A DNA stretch of 64,000 nucleotides, taken from NCBI GenBank assembly GCA_964016885.1, contig OZ024755.1:4030001-4094000 (forward strand). Reading direction: 5' to 3'. The DNA comes from Eledone cirrhosa. Lineage: Eukaryota. A program made the translations under genes and the position numbers. A model generated the notes under the pieces. That model saw nothing but the letters and a program-made list of their open reading frames with translations, ran no database searches and had not been told where the DNA came from. Below, piece after piece: positions 43,032-56,452 of the stretch (positions are counted from its first letter, which is position 1; the number at the start of each line of letters is the position of its first letter).

Positions 43032-43250
43032 TACGTATATATATATATATATATAAAAACAAATAACGAAACGAAATTAAATTTCGTTTGTCTGTTTGTT
43101 TACATACAGACTAGCTGGACACTCACAGTAAAGTGTCCAGTGAAAAACTCAGTACATGTACATATGTATACATGTGTGTATTTATATGCATACTAATATT
43201 TCCGTATACATATGTAGATGTACACTTTTAACTTAATTATATATATATAT

Positions 43251-43325
<75 letters not shown>

Positions 43326-43333
43326 TATATACG

Positions 43334-43367
<34 letters not shown>

Positions 43368-43412
43368 TATATACGTATATATACACACATATATATATAT
43401 ACATATATATAT

Positions 43413-43534
43413 ATTTATTAAAATAACAGATTAAAGTTTAAGTAAAGAATCGCTGCTTTCACCCTTAACGGGATCCTGTTAAGGGTGAAAGCAGCGATTC
43501 TTAGCTTAAACTTTAATCTGTTATTTTAATAAAT
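43413..43534. repeat. Inverted pair of a dispersed element (another copy at ~61574-61648)
   Basis: Two arms start GTTAAGGGTGAAAGCAGCGATTC, separated by GGGATCCT. The 61.6-kb copy reads GAAACGTTAAGGGTTAAAGCAGCGATTC. Confidence 0.8.
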
Positions 43535-43612
43535 ATTTGCTCTAGGGTTCTTATATACTTGATATATATTTATCCTTATCGAGCCCTCTTTGGATTTTAG
43601 TCTTCAAATTTA

Positions 43613-43661
<49 letters not shown>

Positions 43662-43791
43662 GTAGTTATATTTAATTTGTTGGGATTCAACAAGCTTAAA
43701 AAATTTTCATGACTATCCAGGAAGCTCCAACCGTTAAGGTTGTCTTTTTTCTGGGTATGTCAATATTTATTTATAAAACTAATCTGTATTG

Positions 43792-43857
43792 TATTTTATC
43801 TGATGAAAGCGCTCCATAATTTGCCTTGGTGGCCCTTGAATTATGTATAATAAAATA
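43792..43857 (+). ncRNA. Degenerate hammerhead motif related to family B
   Basis: TATTTTAT-CTGATGA(43800-43806)...GAAT-TATGTA-TA-ATAAAATA. Stem I is intact, GAAA has become GAAT, and stem II is weak. Confidence 0.5.
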
Positions 43858-44319
43858 AATATGGTTTTATAAATATAGTTTCCATTAGTTAATATATTAT
43901 ATATATATATATATATATATAAATATATATATATAAATATACATTTTATTAAGGGTAAATAGTAAGTCTTGTTACTCTGGAGTTGATATATAACGTTCGC
44001 TAATTTCTACAGAAACTATTCCTTGTAAGATATATTAGATATATTTCATTGTTGAAGAATAATTTGTCTGAGACAGATCTTGCTTTATTGCAATAAATAT
44101 TTTGGAAAATTGGTTACATCTGGATAATTTCTTGGCTTGTAACATTATGGAACTGGAAATACTACGTAGTAAAATCTAATTGTTGATAGTATCAGAATAT
44201 AATTCCACTTTCTGACATGATAAAGGCTGGAGATTTCAAAGCGAAGTATCTAGAAACATTTACTTCATTACCAATAATTAGGAGCTGCCATGAAGCTATT
44301 TTTCAAAGACTATAAAATA

Positions 44320-44594
44320 ATACAGATAAATATTTTTATACCAATTCTTGCAGTATTTTAGTCGTGTATGTATATACTAAATATAAACATTTTTATACCA
44401 AACCTTGTATTTTAGTCGTGTTTGTATATACTAAAGATAAACATTTTTATACCAAATCTTGTAGTATTTTAGTCGTGTTAGTATCTAGTAAAGATAAGCA
44501 TTTTTATACCAAATCGTGTAGTATTTTAGTCGTGTTAGTATCTAGTAAAGATAAGCATTTTTATACCAAATCTTGTAGTATTTTAGTCGTGTTT
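44320..44594. repeat. ~57-bp tandem repeat (5 units)
   Basis: TATTTTAGTCGTGT recurs at ~57-bp spacing. Confidence 0.9.
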
Positions 44595-44708
44595 GAGTTG
44601 GCCTCAAAGCTGCAGTTCAGAAGAAAATCTAACATCTAACGAAATTGCAGATTTTTTAAAACTTAGTTATAATTACATATCTCACAATGATTCGTATTAA
44701 CTATATTG

Positions 44709-44796
<88 letters not shown>

Positions 44797-44800
44797 GTTG

Positions 44801-44833
<33 letters not shown>

Positions 44834-44896
44834 TGATATGTTGATTTAAAACTGCACTATCCACAAGTGTTTTTTAGCCTTCATATCATGTTCTCC

Positions 44897-44967
44897 TATT
44901 TTATCTGATGAAAACACAAATATTATTGCATGATGATGTTTGTTTTTGAAATGCGCATAATAAAATA
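44897..44967 (+). ncRNA. Minimal type I hammerhead ribozyme motif (family B, copy 2)
   Basis: Same layout as 36127: CTGATGA 44905-44911, GAAA 44948-44951, ATGCGCAT, cleavage triplet AUA. Flanks 44853-45005 are homologous to 36078-36234. Confidence 0.8.
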
Positions 44968-45819
44968 TATGGAACTCCTTTAACCATCTTTTGATCTTAT
45001 ATTATGCATACTCCAGTCCCACAAACTGTAGAGTGCTTCTTATCCGATATCTGCATTGCTTTATTGTACTACAATAAAACTCACCTCCTACATATATATA
45101 TATATATATATATATATACGAGTATATATATATATATATATACGAGTATATATATATATACATATGTATATAAATATATACATGTAGTTATAGTTCAGTT
45201 GTTCTGAAAGCTTCACAGATATTACATCGAGATTGAAGCTAATTGAGAAATCAGAAGAGTGAACAGAGATGTTAATTCCCTAATGAGTGACACGACATTA
45301 TTTCATTTAAAAAGCAATTTCTATCGCTAAACACTGTTAATCTATAACTTGTCATAATGTTCTCTATATTTATGTAGTAATTATTCGGTTGACTAAAACT
45401 GGCTTTGATGCCCCTCTATAGATATGTATTGTATTATAGTGGTGTAGTGTAGTGTATTGTGTTGTAATGTATTGTGGTGTAGTGTATTGTATTGTGGTGT
45501 ATTGTATTGTGGTGTATTGTATTGTGGTGTATTGTATTGTAGTGTATTGCATTGTATTGTAGTGTGTTGTAATGTATTGTAGGGTATTAGATATACTCGA
45601 TACAATGTTATTGGATGTGGTGGTTAGTTTTAGACTTAGCAGTTCTGTGGAATTGGTTGATGGTTGTGATAGAAGGTGGGGGGAGGGAATAATGATGAGT
45701 TACAGCCTGATGCAGTAAATATATTATCTAGAGACAATCGATTGGAAGCTTTAAGGTGAAATATGGTTCGAGCAAACTAAATATTCCTTAATCTAGTTTG
45801 GGTTGAAATCAGACTATGT

Positions 45820-46072
45820 ATTCTGTGATTCTGTAGTTCTGTGATTCTGTGGTTCTGTGATTATGTGGTTCTGTGATTCTGTGGTTCTGTGATTCTGTGG
45901 TTCTGTTGTTCTGTGGTTCTGTGGTTCTGTGGTTCTGTGATTCTGTGGTTCTGTGATTCTGTGATTCTGTGGTTCTGTGATTCTGTGATTCTGTGGTTCT
46001 GTGATTCTGTGGTTCTGTGATTCTGTGGTTCTGTGGTTCTGTGATTCTGTGGTTCTGTGGTTCTGTGATTCT
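45820..46072. repeat. 8-bp tandem repeat
   Basis: Unit TTCTGTG(A/G). Confidence 0.95.
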
Positions 46073-47619
46073 CTGAACACCAAGTAACAGTGAAAATAGA
46101 TTTCTTTCTATTCGATACTTGGATATATCATTTGTATCCTAGAAATGATGGATTGTAGTGTCAATCATTCTAGATATTTATTACGGCTTGGTTGTTCACC
46201 GAATCCCTGTATTAATCCAATTAGATTATAGTCTAATTAGAGCCTGCTCTTTCTGTCAGGAGTTGCGACTGGTAGATAGTATTAGCAATGGAAAGACCAA
46301 TGGAAACATTGTTTCCTTGGCCCGATTTGACGAGGTCCACCCCACTTTGTAAGCGGATGAGGACTGGGGTGTTGTTAATCGATCAGGGCGAGATCATAGT
46401 CACAGCCTTAAATACCCACAACATTGAGCAATGTTTTCACTAAACAACAATTAGACAGAGAATATTCCAGACCTGTCAACTCTCCCGTCCAACGGGGAGA
46501 TCTCCCACCCACTTTGAGGTGGGTGAGAGATGTCTTTTCTTATGAAAATAGGTATAGCTTTCATTATGTAAAATCTCCTCATTTTGCCTCATTTCTCCCC
46601 GTTTGGGGGCACTTCTTTTCATGGTACTCCCCGTTTGGGTTTTAAGAGGTTGGCAGGTCTGATATTCTGAAATCGCAGTTGACGTTATATAAGTAATGTA
46701 ATAAATGTTTACAAAATATCAAATGAAATACAAGCGTATTAAACTAGGTTTGTTTTGTTTTACTTTTTGTTTTTCTTTAGTCTCCAAACTCTTTCGTTTT
46801 TTTTAAATATATTTTTTTAATATATTTTTTTAATATATTATCTATTTCTTTCTCCACCACAATTTTCTTTCTATTCAGTTGCCTGCATTTTATCTATCAC
46901 TTGCTCAGTTATTGGACAGATGACTTCCCATTTTTTTTTTCATTCCTCTCAAATTATGAACCATCGACGTAATTCATCTTTTCGCCTTTGACATAAGTGA
47001 CTTTAAAAAGCAGCAACTTTATAAAGGAACTAGAGATTTTGTAGCGGCCGACCTCTACAAAACAACAGGTTGTTATATAATAATCTGCTGCATGAATAAA
47101 GTAGCTATTTTCTTATTTATACCCATGAAGATTGTGTTCCTTATGTATTGTGGAGATTTTCGCTTTAGTGATAGTTTTAACAGCCTCCTTTCTATCGATC
47201 GAAACCGAATTTGAAAGAACTGCAAACTTCCATGCAGTCATTACTTTACAACACTCCTTTGGAAATGCGCTGTTATTTTTTTTGTTTTGTTTTTTGTATC
47301 GATTTTTTTTTTACATATACTATGTCATAATTTGTATTAACATCGTGCTATGTTACCCATTTACGTTTCAGATAACACAAACTAACATCCTGGTTTATTC
47401 CATTATATTAGTTGCTTTTGAAATTCTGCTTTTCATATGCAAACTTAGTCCATGATGTATTTTTATGTACCTTAATGTTACAAGAATTCTGAGTCTATTT
47501 TTTGATAAAATTCTGTTAAAAATATATTTATAGAGCATTTATGGTTTCCTTCAATGAATTGGGTGTAGCTATAACTCTGCAAAATAAAAAGCATTTTGAC
47601 AAAATGTTTATATATACAA

Positions 47620-47680
<61 letters not shown>

Positions 47681-47692
47681 TGTGTGTGTGTA

Positions 47693-47792
47693 CAGGGTGT
47701 CCCCAAAAATGTGTACAATCTTTGATTATCTGTACAGGCAATATTTATTAGAATGCTGTTGAAGTGTGTATACATTTTTAGGGGAAATCCTG
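47693..47792. mobile_element. Tc1/mariner-type MITE (CAGGGTGTCCCC ends)
   Basis: TA-CAGGGTGTCCCCAAAAATGT...ACATTTTTAGGGGAAATCCTG-TA. Confidence 0.8.
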
Positions 47793-48934
47793 TATAAATG
47801 TATATATGTATATATAGAAACCCGATGTAAATCGGGAGGCGACTACTGTTAATAAAGTACTCAATACGTTAATAGAGTATAGACATTTATTATATTACAA
47901 AAATGTTTCATTTTTATTTACTTTCCAGGTCATTATAGATGTTGGCAACATTTTAGACAGATTTCAAACACAAGCATATATATTTTTTTATCATGTTGAA
48001 TATAGCAGATGCTGTTCATATTTCGATTTCTTCGGACTGTTTCTATTGTGTCCATTTTTCTTCTATTTAGATATATTGTTTAAAGATATATATGTAGGTG
48101 TCTGAGTATGTAATGTATAATATAACGTACGTTTTTTTTTTCTGAAAACACAACATGGATATCTAGTTCTTAATTTCCGCCTTGGCGTGAATATACATGA
48201 TAATGAATTAATTGTCATTATTCTAGTTTGCCTATAAATCAAATTTGGTTTCATCTGTCTTTAGTTTGTTTGAACGTATGTAATTGATTACTTTTGACAT
48301 TGAGAAGACTGCAGACTGCACCAAAGAGAAAGGAAACAAGATTGTTGATAGTGGTATATCTGTCTCGCAACAATGGTTTCCACATCAGCTAGAGATAGTA
48401 TCTGCTAATACAGCTTTCCATTGTTACTTGACGATCTAAACCATTAATATTTGGAGTCTACAACGGACGTATTTTTGTATTTGTTAAAACTTTCTAATTC
48501 TGGGAAACAACTTTCTATAGAAAGAGTAATCTCATGATTTATTAGAATTTATTGTACCGCAATCAACACCAGCTTCTATTTCGTGACGAAATGATTAAAT
48601 TTAGCTTAGAAGTTAAATAACCTCATTAACTATGGAATAGAAGCCTATTTAAAACGTGTAAACTAATACAAATTTATTGAACAAATACTTTGAATGTGAA
48701 AAATAGAAATGTATATACCGAAATTTAATTATCTGTCGTAAGCAAGTTGTATTTTTTCCTCAGTTTCTCGAAATTTAACAAACTATATCTACATTAAAAC
48801 TAAAAGTACAGTATTAACATAAAGTGCTATTAACTAATAATTAGCAATTGAAAAAATTGAATCCAGTTTTACTAGTTGAAGCAACAGAAGACTGGTACCA
48901 CTGGTCTCACAATCCTTTTTTTAGCTTTCGTTAT

Positions 48935-49112
48935 ATTTGTTTCTATTTTGGGCACAAGGCCAGCAATTATCCCAGTGTATTACTGGTACTTTATTTTATC
49001 GACCCCGTAAGGCAAAGTTAACCTCGGCGGAGTTTGAACTCAGACCATAAAGGGCCATAACTCTATGCTACAAAGCATGGCGTCAGACCCTCTACCGATA
49101 CTGCCAACCCCC
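48935..49112 (-). mobile_element. SINE family 1
   Basis: Consensus match with a small internal deletion. Confidence 0.88.
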
Positions 49113-49998
49113 CACTTTGCTTTGGTTATATTATACAGGCATTATGTCGCAACATGAAACAAAGTCGAGGTGCAATCCCTCTCTCGGGATTACATTTGAA
49201 ATATATAATAATTTAGCAAATAGGACATTTTTTTTTCTTTCATAATACATCGTTATAACATATATATTTTATACAATTGTCTGTCCTCCAAAACAAAATG
49301 TCGGATATGTTATTATTGCTTTAAAATTAATGATATTTACTAATCTACAATATTCTGCTACGATCAAATTATGTAACACTTTATCTATAGAACGAAATCA
49401 AAAACGTAATCTATTATACAAACAATATATATTATTGGTAAGACAATTGGTTGATAATGGATAGAAAGAAAACGGGGATATAGTCTATTATGGTTACAGC
49501 TGTTATATTATTTAATTTATTCATAACATAATCACAATTGACTTATAAATAGATATTTTGTATTAGGTATTATATGTGTGTCTGTATGAAAGATAGAAGA
49601 AGAAACTGAAAGAAAGAAAGAAACAAACAAAGATAGATATTTACTGAAGAATAAAGGAATTAAATCTGAAAGAATATATAATTATATAGAATATTAAATA
49701 TGTATGGTATGGTCTCGTAACGCCTGAAGAAGTCGTAGAGTCACCGTATCGACATATGGCGTTTCTTGAGTATTTTAAGACATGTTGAGGTCCAATCCTT
49801 TCCAGGTCAGAATACAGCAGATTTCTTCCAGAGAATGATAGAAAGTGAGTGAATGAGTGTGAGAAAAGAGCTAAAGGACGAATTGACCCCAGTATTAGAC
49901 TGCTTCTTTTTTTATCGACCTGGAATTGATGAAAGGCAAAGTTGACCTCGGGGGGTTTTGAACTGGGAGAGGAGAAAGCTGAAACGAATACAGCAAAG

Positions 49999-50780
49999 CA
50001 TTCTATCTGACGTTCTAGCCACCCTACCATTCTATCTGACGTTCTAGCCACCCTACCATTCTATCTGACGTTCTAACGACTCTACCATTCTATCTGACGT
50101 TCTAGCCACCCTACCATTCTATCTGACGTTCTAGCCACCCTACCATTCTATCTGACGTTCTAACGACTCTACCATTCTATCTGACGTTCTAACCACTCTA
50201 CCATTCTATCTGACGTTCTAGCCACCCTACCATTCTATCTGACGTTCTAACGACTCTACCATTCTATCTGACGTTCTAGCCACCCTACCATTCTATCTGA
50301 CGTTCTAACCACTCTACCATTCTATCTGACGTTCTAACGACTCTACCATTCTATCTGACGTTCTAACCACTCTACCATTCTATCTGACGTTCTAACGACT
50401 CTACCATTCTATCTGACGTTCTAACGACTCTACCATTCTATCTGACGTTCTAACAACTCTACCATTCTATCTGACGTTCTAACCACTCTACCATTCTATC
50501 TGACGTTCTAGCCACCCTACCATTCTATCTGACGTTCTAACGACTCTACCATTCTATCTGACGTTCTAGCCACCCTACCATTCTATCTGACGTTCTCACC
50601 ACTCTACCATTCTATCTGACGTTCTAACCACTCTACCATTCTATCTGACGTTCTAACGACTCTACCATTCTATCTGACGTTCTAACGACTCTACCATTCT
50701 ATCTGACGTTCTAACAACTCTACCATTCTATCTGACGTTCTAACCACTCTACCATTCTATCTAACGATCTAACGACTCTA
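49999..50780. repeat. 29-bp minisatellite (~27 units) derived from the SINE tRNA head
   Basis: Unit CATTCTATCTGACGTTCTAACCACTCTAC, contiguous with a minus-strand SINE body at ~49880-49998. Confidence 0.92.
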
Positions 50781-51340
50781 CGACAATTGTCGCCTATATT
50801 AAATATATAGATTTTTATATAATTATAAAAACATGTTAAAGACAGAAAACTATTATCTTTATAAGATCATAAACCAATCAAAAAAACATAAAATTTTTAA
50901 TTTTCTACAAAAGAAGTTTTTATCAAATTATATTCACCTAATTTTCATAAAAATTCCAAAAATTAACAATTAATTTCCTAATCATTTTTTATGTATAGTC
51001 AAGTGTCTATTTCCAAAATAAAATTTACTCTTCAACATTAATTTACTAAAGATAAGAGAAGTGAAGGTCAAAAGGTGTTTTAAAAAATGAAGAATTGATT
51101 ATAGAGATTGTTTTTGAAATGTGTGATGATTCTTGAAATGAAATAAAAATATTACCTATACAGTATCATCATCATCGTCATAAACCATTTTAGGAAAAAA
51201 CAGATACAAGAAAAGAAATGAGTGTGGGCAGGTAACAAGAATATCTTGTTGAATATTCAGAAGTTGTGTAACAAACATTGTTATTTTATACAGGTTAAAT
51301 AATAGATCTTAATAGATAGATTGCATTTATCGATATATCA

Positions 51341-51655
51341 GAGTTTTTCGAATATTAATAATAACATTCGATTCGTTTGCAATTGTGCAAACAAGCCTTA
51401 TTTTTAAAGCCATGTCAGTAGAATGAACCCTTCATTCTTGCTCTTGTGTTGGCATGTAAACAGAACTGCAGACAGTGAACAGTGAGCTATACTGATGAAG
51501 GGTGATACCCAGAAACATTAGTGTCTGCAGTTCTGTTTACATGCCAACACAAGTGCAAGAATAAAGAGTTCATTCTATTGACATGGCTTTAAAAATGAGG
51601 CTTGTTTGCATAATTGCAAGCGAATCGAATGTTATTATTAATATTCGAAAAACTC
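51341..51655. repeat. Long inverted repeat (~134-bp arms) around a hammerhead motif
   Basis: Arms 51341-51474 / 51522-51655 are reverse complements with scattered mismatches. Confidence 0.9.
51486..51531 (+). ncRNA. Hammerhead motif in the spacer of a long inverted repeat (family E)
   Basis: CTGATGA 51492-51498; stem II GGGT-GAT-ACCC; GAAA 51512-51515; helix III ACA-TTAG-TGT; GUC 51523-51525; stem I GCTATA/TGCAGT is imperfect. Confidence 0.65.
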
Positions 51656-51951
51656 AGATTACATTTATTGTATTCAGCCATGTAGAGCGAAATTTTTTAA
51701 TTTTATTTCAATATATGTCAATATTTATTTTGACTCCTTATGTCATAACAGATTCTAACATTAGAATATTTTTAAATCGTTGAAGAGTTTCCAATTTATT
51801 TGAAATGAAATTTGAAACCACATCTGGTCCCTGACGTCTTGTCTTTGACATATGGTCTTTGACATCTGGTCTACGACATCCTTGAACCAGACAGACTAGT
51901 GAAGCAGTAAAATCAAAAGTACGAATTTAGATGCGGTGATAAGTACATTTA

Positions 51952-52245
51952 AGGAGACCCATGGCTTAGTGGTAAGGGTGTTGGACTTACGATCATAATG
52001 TCGTGGGTTTGATTCCTGGGTTGTGTCTTGTGTTTTTGAGCAGAACACTTCATTTCATGTGGCTCCAGTCTACTCAGCTGAAGAAAATAAAATGTGTACC
52101 AGCAATAGCTGGAGATTTAATCCTGCGACGGACTGGCGTTCTGTCCAGTGGGAAGTCTAGTACTTTCAGTCGCTCTACGCCTGAGAAACTGGGATAAGCA
52201 CCGGCCTGATGCGCCTCCGGACTCGGGACAGACTTTAGACTTTAG
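51952..52245 (+). mobile_element. SINE family 2 variant
   Basis: ATGGCTTAGTGGTAAGGG...GGGTTTGATTCCTGG...TTGAGCAGAACACTTCATTTCA; ends GACTTTAGACTTTAG. Confidence 0.8.
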
Positions 52246-52921
52246 ATAAGTACATTAAATTACTTCAATTTTCAATAATTCTAAGACAACGAAAATAGTT
52301 CTAAAATTACGTACGAAGTATATAGCTATAGGTATAATAATTTCACTGGATGATTAAATTCTATTTTTATTAGCTTCTCTTGAAGATTCATCCTCTGATT
52401 TCGCTCTACTCTACTAAATTGTAAATACAAAAATATTTAACTGAAAATAAAATAATTTATTTTTTTCTTTCTAAAATTGTTACGGATCACATATTTCTCT
52501 CATTAAAAAGTTTACAGTAAACAGATAATATTTACAGTTGTTTTCAAGTAACGCATATAACCAATATATTCCACAGAATATATTGTGTGGGGGTAAGTGT
52601 AAGGCGGGTAGGATGAAGGCTGAGAGTCTTATATGTTATTCGGTTTTAGTTACAGATCAATATCAAACGTTTCATTACTTCTAGAACACTATACATGCTG
52701 TATATGTTTGTTTTTCGTTATATATTGAGGTCAAGGCCGTGTTTATCGGAAGATGGCTGAGGGAGAGAATGCGCTAGCCCCTCTCTCCAAGGTCTAAGTC
52801 CCACCAGGATTGAGCTGGGATAATTGTTGTCATCTTCGTACTTAGTCTAAACTGGCAATATCTCATCCATATATATATATATATACCAATCAATCAATCT
52901 ATCTATCTATCTATATATCTA

Positions 52922-52979
<58 letters not shown>

Positions 52980-53530
52980 AAAAAAGGAAAAGAATGACTT
53001 CATATATATATATTCGTATTCTCATGTGTGTGTATATATATATATGTATATATAAACATTTATATATATGTTTGTGTGTCTATGAGATGTGTAAGTGTGT
53101 GTGTGTTTGTGTGATGTGTGTGTGTAAGTGTGTGTGTGATGTGTGTGTATAAATGTGTATGCGGGAGTGCGTGTGTTTTATGAAAGAAAGACTATCATAA
53201 AAGAACGTACTTCAATGATACGGATCAGATATTTTCGACTCTGTAATCAGAACAGTGTGAAGTTCATCGATAAACTGACGTATCAACTTCAAATATATAG
53301 ACACAACTATTTATCAAGTGACAACAAAGGAAATATCAACCGTATTTTATATGAAGAGGTTATCAACATTCCTATTAGAGGAAATATCAAAGAATATGAA
53401 AGGACCAATGCCAGGAATATAAAAGGACCAATGACGATGACAAAACCGCAATCTTATAAACTACTCTATATAGTAGACTCCCTTTTCTCAAGCTCCTTTC
53501 CTAATAATACATCATATATATATATATATA

Positions 53531-53692
53531 TAGGAAAATGTTTAACCCCGACGGCAGAGCTCAAGCCGTCGAATCGGCTTGAGCTCTGCCATCGGGGTTA
53601 AACATTTTCCTATTACCCACTCTACTACCCTAAGTATTGAGTACTCTGGTGCGTTATGGTCCATCTGGTTCCTTGCCACACTTCCTTCGTTA
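53531..53692. mobile_element. Family A element, inverted pair in (TA)n
   Basis: Inverted arms 53530-53568 / 53575-53613; the plus arm continues to CTTCCTTCGTTA. Confidence 0.7.
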
Positions 53693-53837
53693 CATATATA
53701 TACATATATATATATACATATGTATGTATATATATATATATATGTATGTATGTAAAAGGTAAACAGAAATAACAACACAATCGGTACAGTATATGGAAGG
53801 GATATATTAGGTTAACGCTTGATATAGCAGGAAGAGG

Positions 53838-53876
53838 GTCTTAACGTTTCGGACGCTAGTCCTTCATCAGAGGAAA
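53838..53876 (-). ncRNA. Minimal hammerhead motif (family D)
   Basis: The minus strand reads TCCT-CTGATGA-A-GGAC-TAGC-GTCC-GAAACGTT-AAGA, with a palindromic ACGT helix III and a weak stem I. Confidence 0.65.
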
Positions 53877-53975
53877 GAATGAGAAATAAAATAGATTGAG
53901 GGGACGGATGGGACGGAATTGGAAAAATTGTCTTTAGATAAAAATAACAGGTCCATGACGAATTCATATACTAAG

Positions 53976-54065
53976 CATATCTGACGACCTTTCGATTACA
54001 GAGTCAGGTTCGATCTATAATAGGTCTTGCCTCGAGCTGATCGATAGTGAAATATATGTAATATG
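53976..54065 (+). ncRNA. Type I hammerhead motif with extended stem II (family C)
   Basis: Stem I CATAT/ATATG; CTGACGA 53981-53987; stem II includes TCGATTA/TGATCGA; GAAA 54049-54052; near-palindromic ATATATGT; GUA triplet. Confidence 0.7.
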
Positions 54066-54600
54066 TTATTAAATATGTTATGATGCAACACTGAATCCTT
54101 GTTCCTTATCCTTATAGTATATATATATATATATATATATATATGTAGGGAGGTAGAACACTGGAAGGTAATATCCGTAGTGGTAGAACACTCAGCCCAA
54201 GGGACGAGTTAGGTAGAAGTGGTTACATAACAGTTAGTTCACCATACCGAGAACAATTGTTTCACCTTAGCTCTTCTGGTGGTTCAATATTTCCTAAGGA
54301 TGTGATGAACACAGTACTGAAAGCTAATGAACCATTTGTCATTTTTACAGAGTTCTGCTGCTATTGTTGTTGTTGTCGTCGTCGGTGTCATCCTTATAAA
54401 TTAATCCCGATTGTGCTTATCTATATTCAAAGGCTTACCTACATCCAGTTGAGATTGTCAAGTATTTTTTAAGATATATCCAAAACTGCCATATCCAATA
54501 CGACCTTTTTTTTTAAAGAAAAAAGACGATAGCATGCTATTTCAGAGAGATTCCATTGATGTGAAAGATATATATAGAGAGAGAGATCGATAGATAGATA

Positions 54601-54847
54601 GATTTCTCCATTTGCCACAAGGGCGCACAAGAAAAGGGGACAATACAAAGACATATGACGGGGATTTTACATACAGTCGTGTAAAAAAAAGTTTTAACAT
54701 TAAAATATAACAATCGAAATCCCCAGTAGAGGGGAGGCGGTACAAATGGGTTGTTTTATACCCCGTAGATAGGACAACCCTCGACTCCAGGAGCATGTTG
54801 TCCAAGTGCTCCTTTCTTCTTTTCGCTCTCTATTCTCGCCACATTCA
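54601..54847 (-). mobile_element. 5'-truncated 3' end of a related Tx1-type LINE inside (AGAT)n
   Basis: The minus strand shares CCCATTTGTACCG, a CTCCCC..CTA.TGGGGA..TTC.ATTGTTAT-like block and the terminus CCCTTGTGGcaaatggAGAAATC with the 3' UTR of the full LINE. AGAT repeats flank both sides. Confidence 0.75.
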
Positions 54848-55316
54848 GATAGATAGATATATAGATAGGTAGATAGGCAGGAAGGCAGGCATACAGACAG
54901 ACAGAAGCCAGTGAAGTTGAGGCCATGTTCATGAGAATGCTATTAACAGATGAATCTTCATTCACTGTGTTAATATCCTCGGGTTAGGCTACAAATTCTA
55001 CTCCACTGTTTCGTATAATGAACTTCTCAAATTGATACAAAAAGTACATCACGATTTTAGCTTGTACATTTGGTATTCAGTACATTTAATTGTTTTATAT
55101 TGTTGGTTTTAAATTATTGTAAAATACCCATGTCGATAGAATCCCGCTCCATACGGCTTCCTATTTCATTACTGCAGGGTCTTTAACCCTGGTAAAGATA
55201 TTTAACCTGCAATGGCGAAGTTCAGTACATTAAGAAACACATTTATTTCAATGTGAACAACACCGTGGAAAGTTAATTATCATCGCAAAACCTTCCAGGC
55301 TTTGATAATTTCTCTG

Positions 55317-55500
55317 TCTTCCATATGTGGTATACAGTATTGAGTGTGTCTTCCATATATTAAACACAGTATTGGGTGTGACTTCCATATATGGAATACA
55401 GTATTGAGTGTATCTTCCATATAGGGTATACAGTAGTGAGTGTGTCTTCCATTTATGGTATACAGTAGTGAGTGTTTCTTCCATATATGGTATACAGTAT
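55317..55500. repeat. ~32-bp tandem repeat
   Basis: Unit TCTTCCATATATGGTATACAGTATTGAGTGTG. Confidence 0.9.
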
Positions 55501-55662
55501 CAAACTGGAAGGGTAGGCAGTGATCTGTGAAACTCTGTGAGATGAGTTTTGTAAAAGAAAGAGACACGATTCTCACTGTCCCTCTGTGAAACCCTTGCAC
55601 TTCATTTATTCTGATGATGACCGAAGCAAAAGTATAAACATTTTATCCCTATGTTATTTTCT

Positions 55663-55850
55663 AGGATTGGCAGAATCGGTAGAGCGTCAGACATCATGAT
55701 TTGCAGCATAGAGTTACGGCCATTTGCGTTCTGAGTTCAAATTCTGCTGAGGTTAACTTTGCCTTTCATCCTTACGGGGTCAATAAAATAAAGTATCAGT
55801 AATGCACTGGGATAATTGCTGTCCTTGTGCCAAACATAGAAACAATTATT
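55663..55850 (+). mobile_element. SINE family 1
   Basis: Consensus match. Confidence 0.88.
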
Positions 55851-56133
55851 TTCTTTTTGAAACGGTGGAAGCTTGACAGTGTCGATAGATCGTCGGACAA
55901 CATACTTCGTGGCATATAGTTACGTCCCTTTACCTTCTGGTTTCAAATCAGATTTCTTCCAGACGAGGACAGGAAATGAGAGAATAGAAGTGAGAAAGAT
56001 ATATTGACGAAGAATCGACCCCAGTACTAGACTGGTACTTTGTTTATCGACCTCAAAAGGATGAAAGGTAAAGTTGACCGCGGGGTAGGATTTGAACTCA
56101 GAAAACAGAGAGCTGGAACGAATATCGCAAAGT

Positions 56134-56452
56134 ATTCTATCTGACGTTCTAACCACTCTACCATTCTATCTGACGTTCTAACCACTCTACCATTCTATCT
56201 GACGTTCTAACCACTCTACCATTCTATCTGACGTTCTAACCACTTTACCATTCAATCTGACGTTCTAACCACTTTGCTAATCAATCTGACGTTCTAACCA
56301 CTCTACCATTCTATCTGACGTTCTAACCACTCTACCATTCTATCTGACGTTCTAACCACTCTACCATTCTATCTGACGTTCTAACCACTCTACCATTCAA
56401 TCTGACGTTCTAATCACTCTACTATTCTATCTGACGTTCTAACCCCTCTACC
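56134..56452. repeat. 29-bp minisatellite (~11 units), same unit
   Basis: Contiguous with a minus-strand SINE body at ~56012-56133. Confidence 0.92.

Noticed and set aside
49999-50780. Resemblance to a CRISPR array (29-bp repeats)
   Set aside because: Units are head-to-tail with no spacers, derive from a SINE, and the context is eukaryotic.
53143-53601. 152-aa ORF, possibly a decayed Penelope ORF
   Set aside because: No recognisable RT or GIY-YIG motif; it starts in a TG repeat and ends in a family A element.
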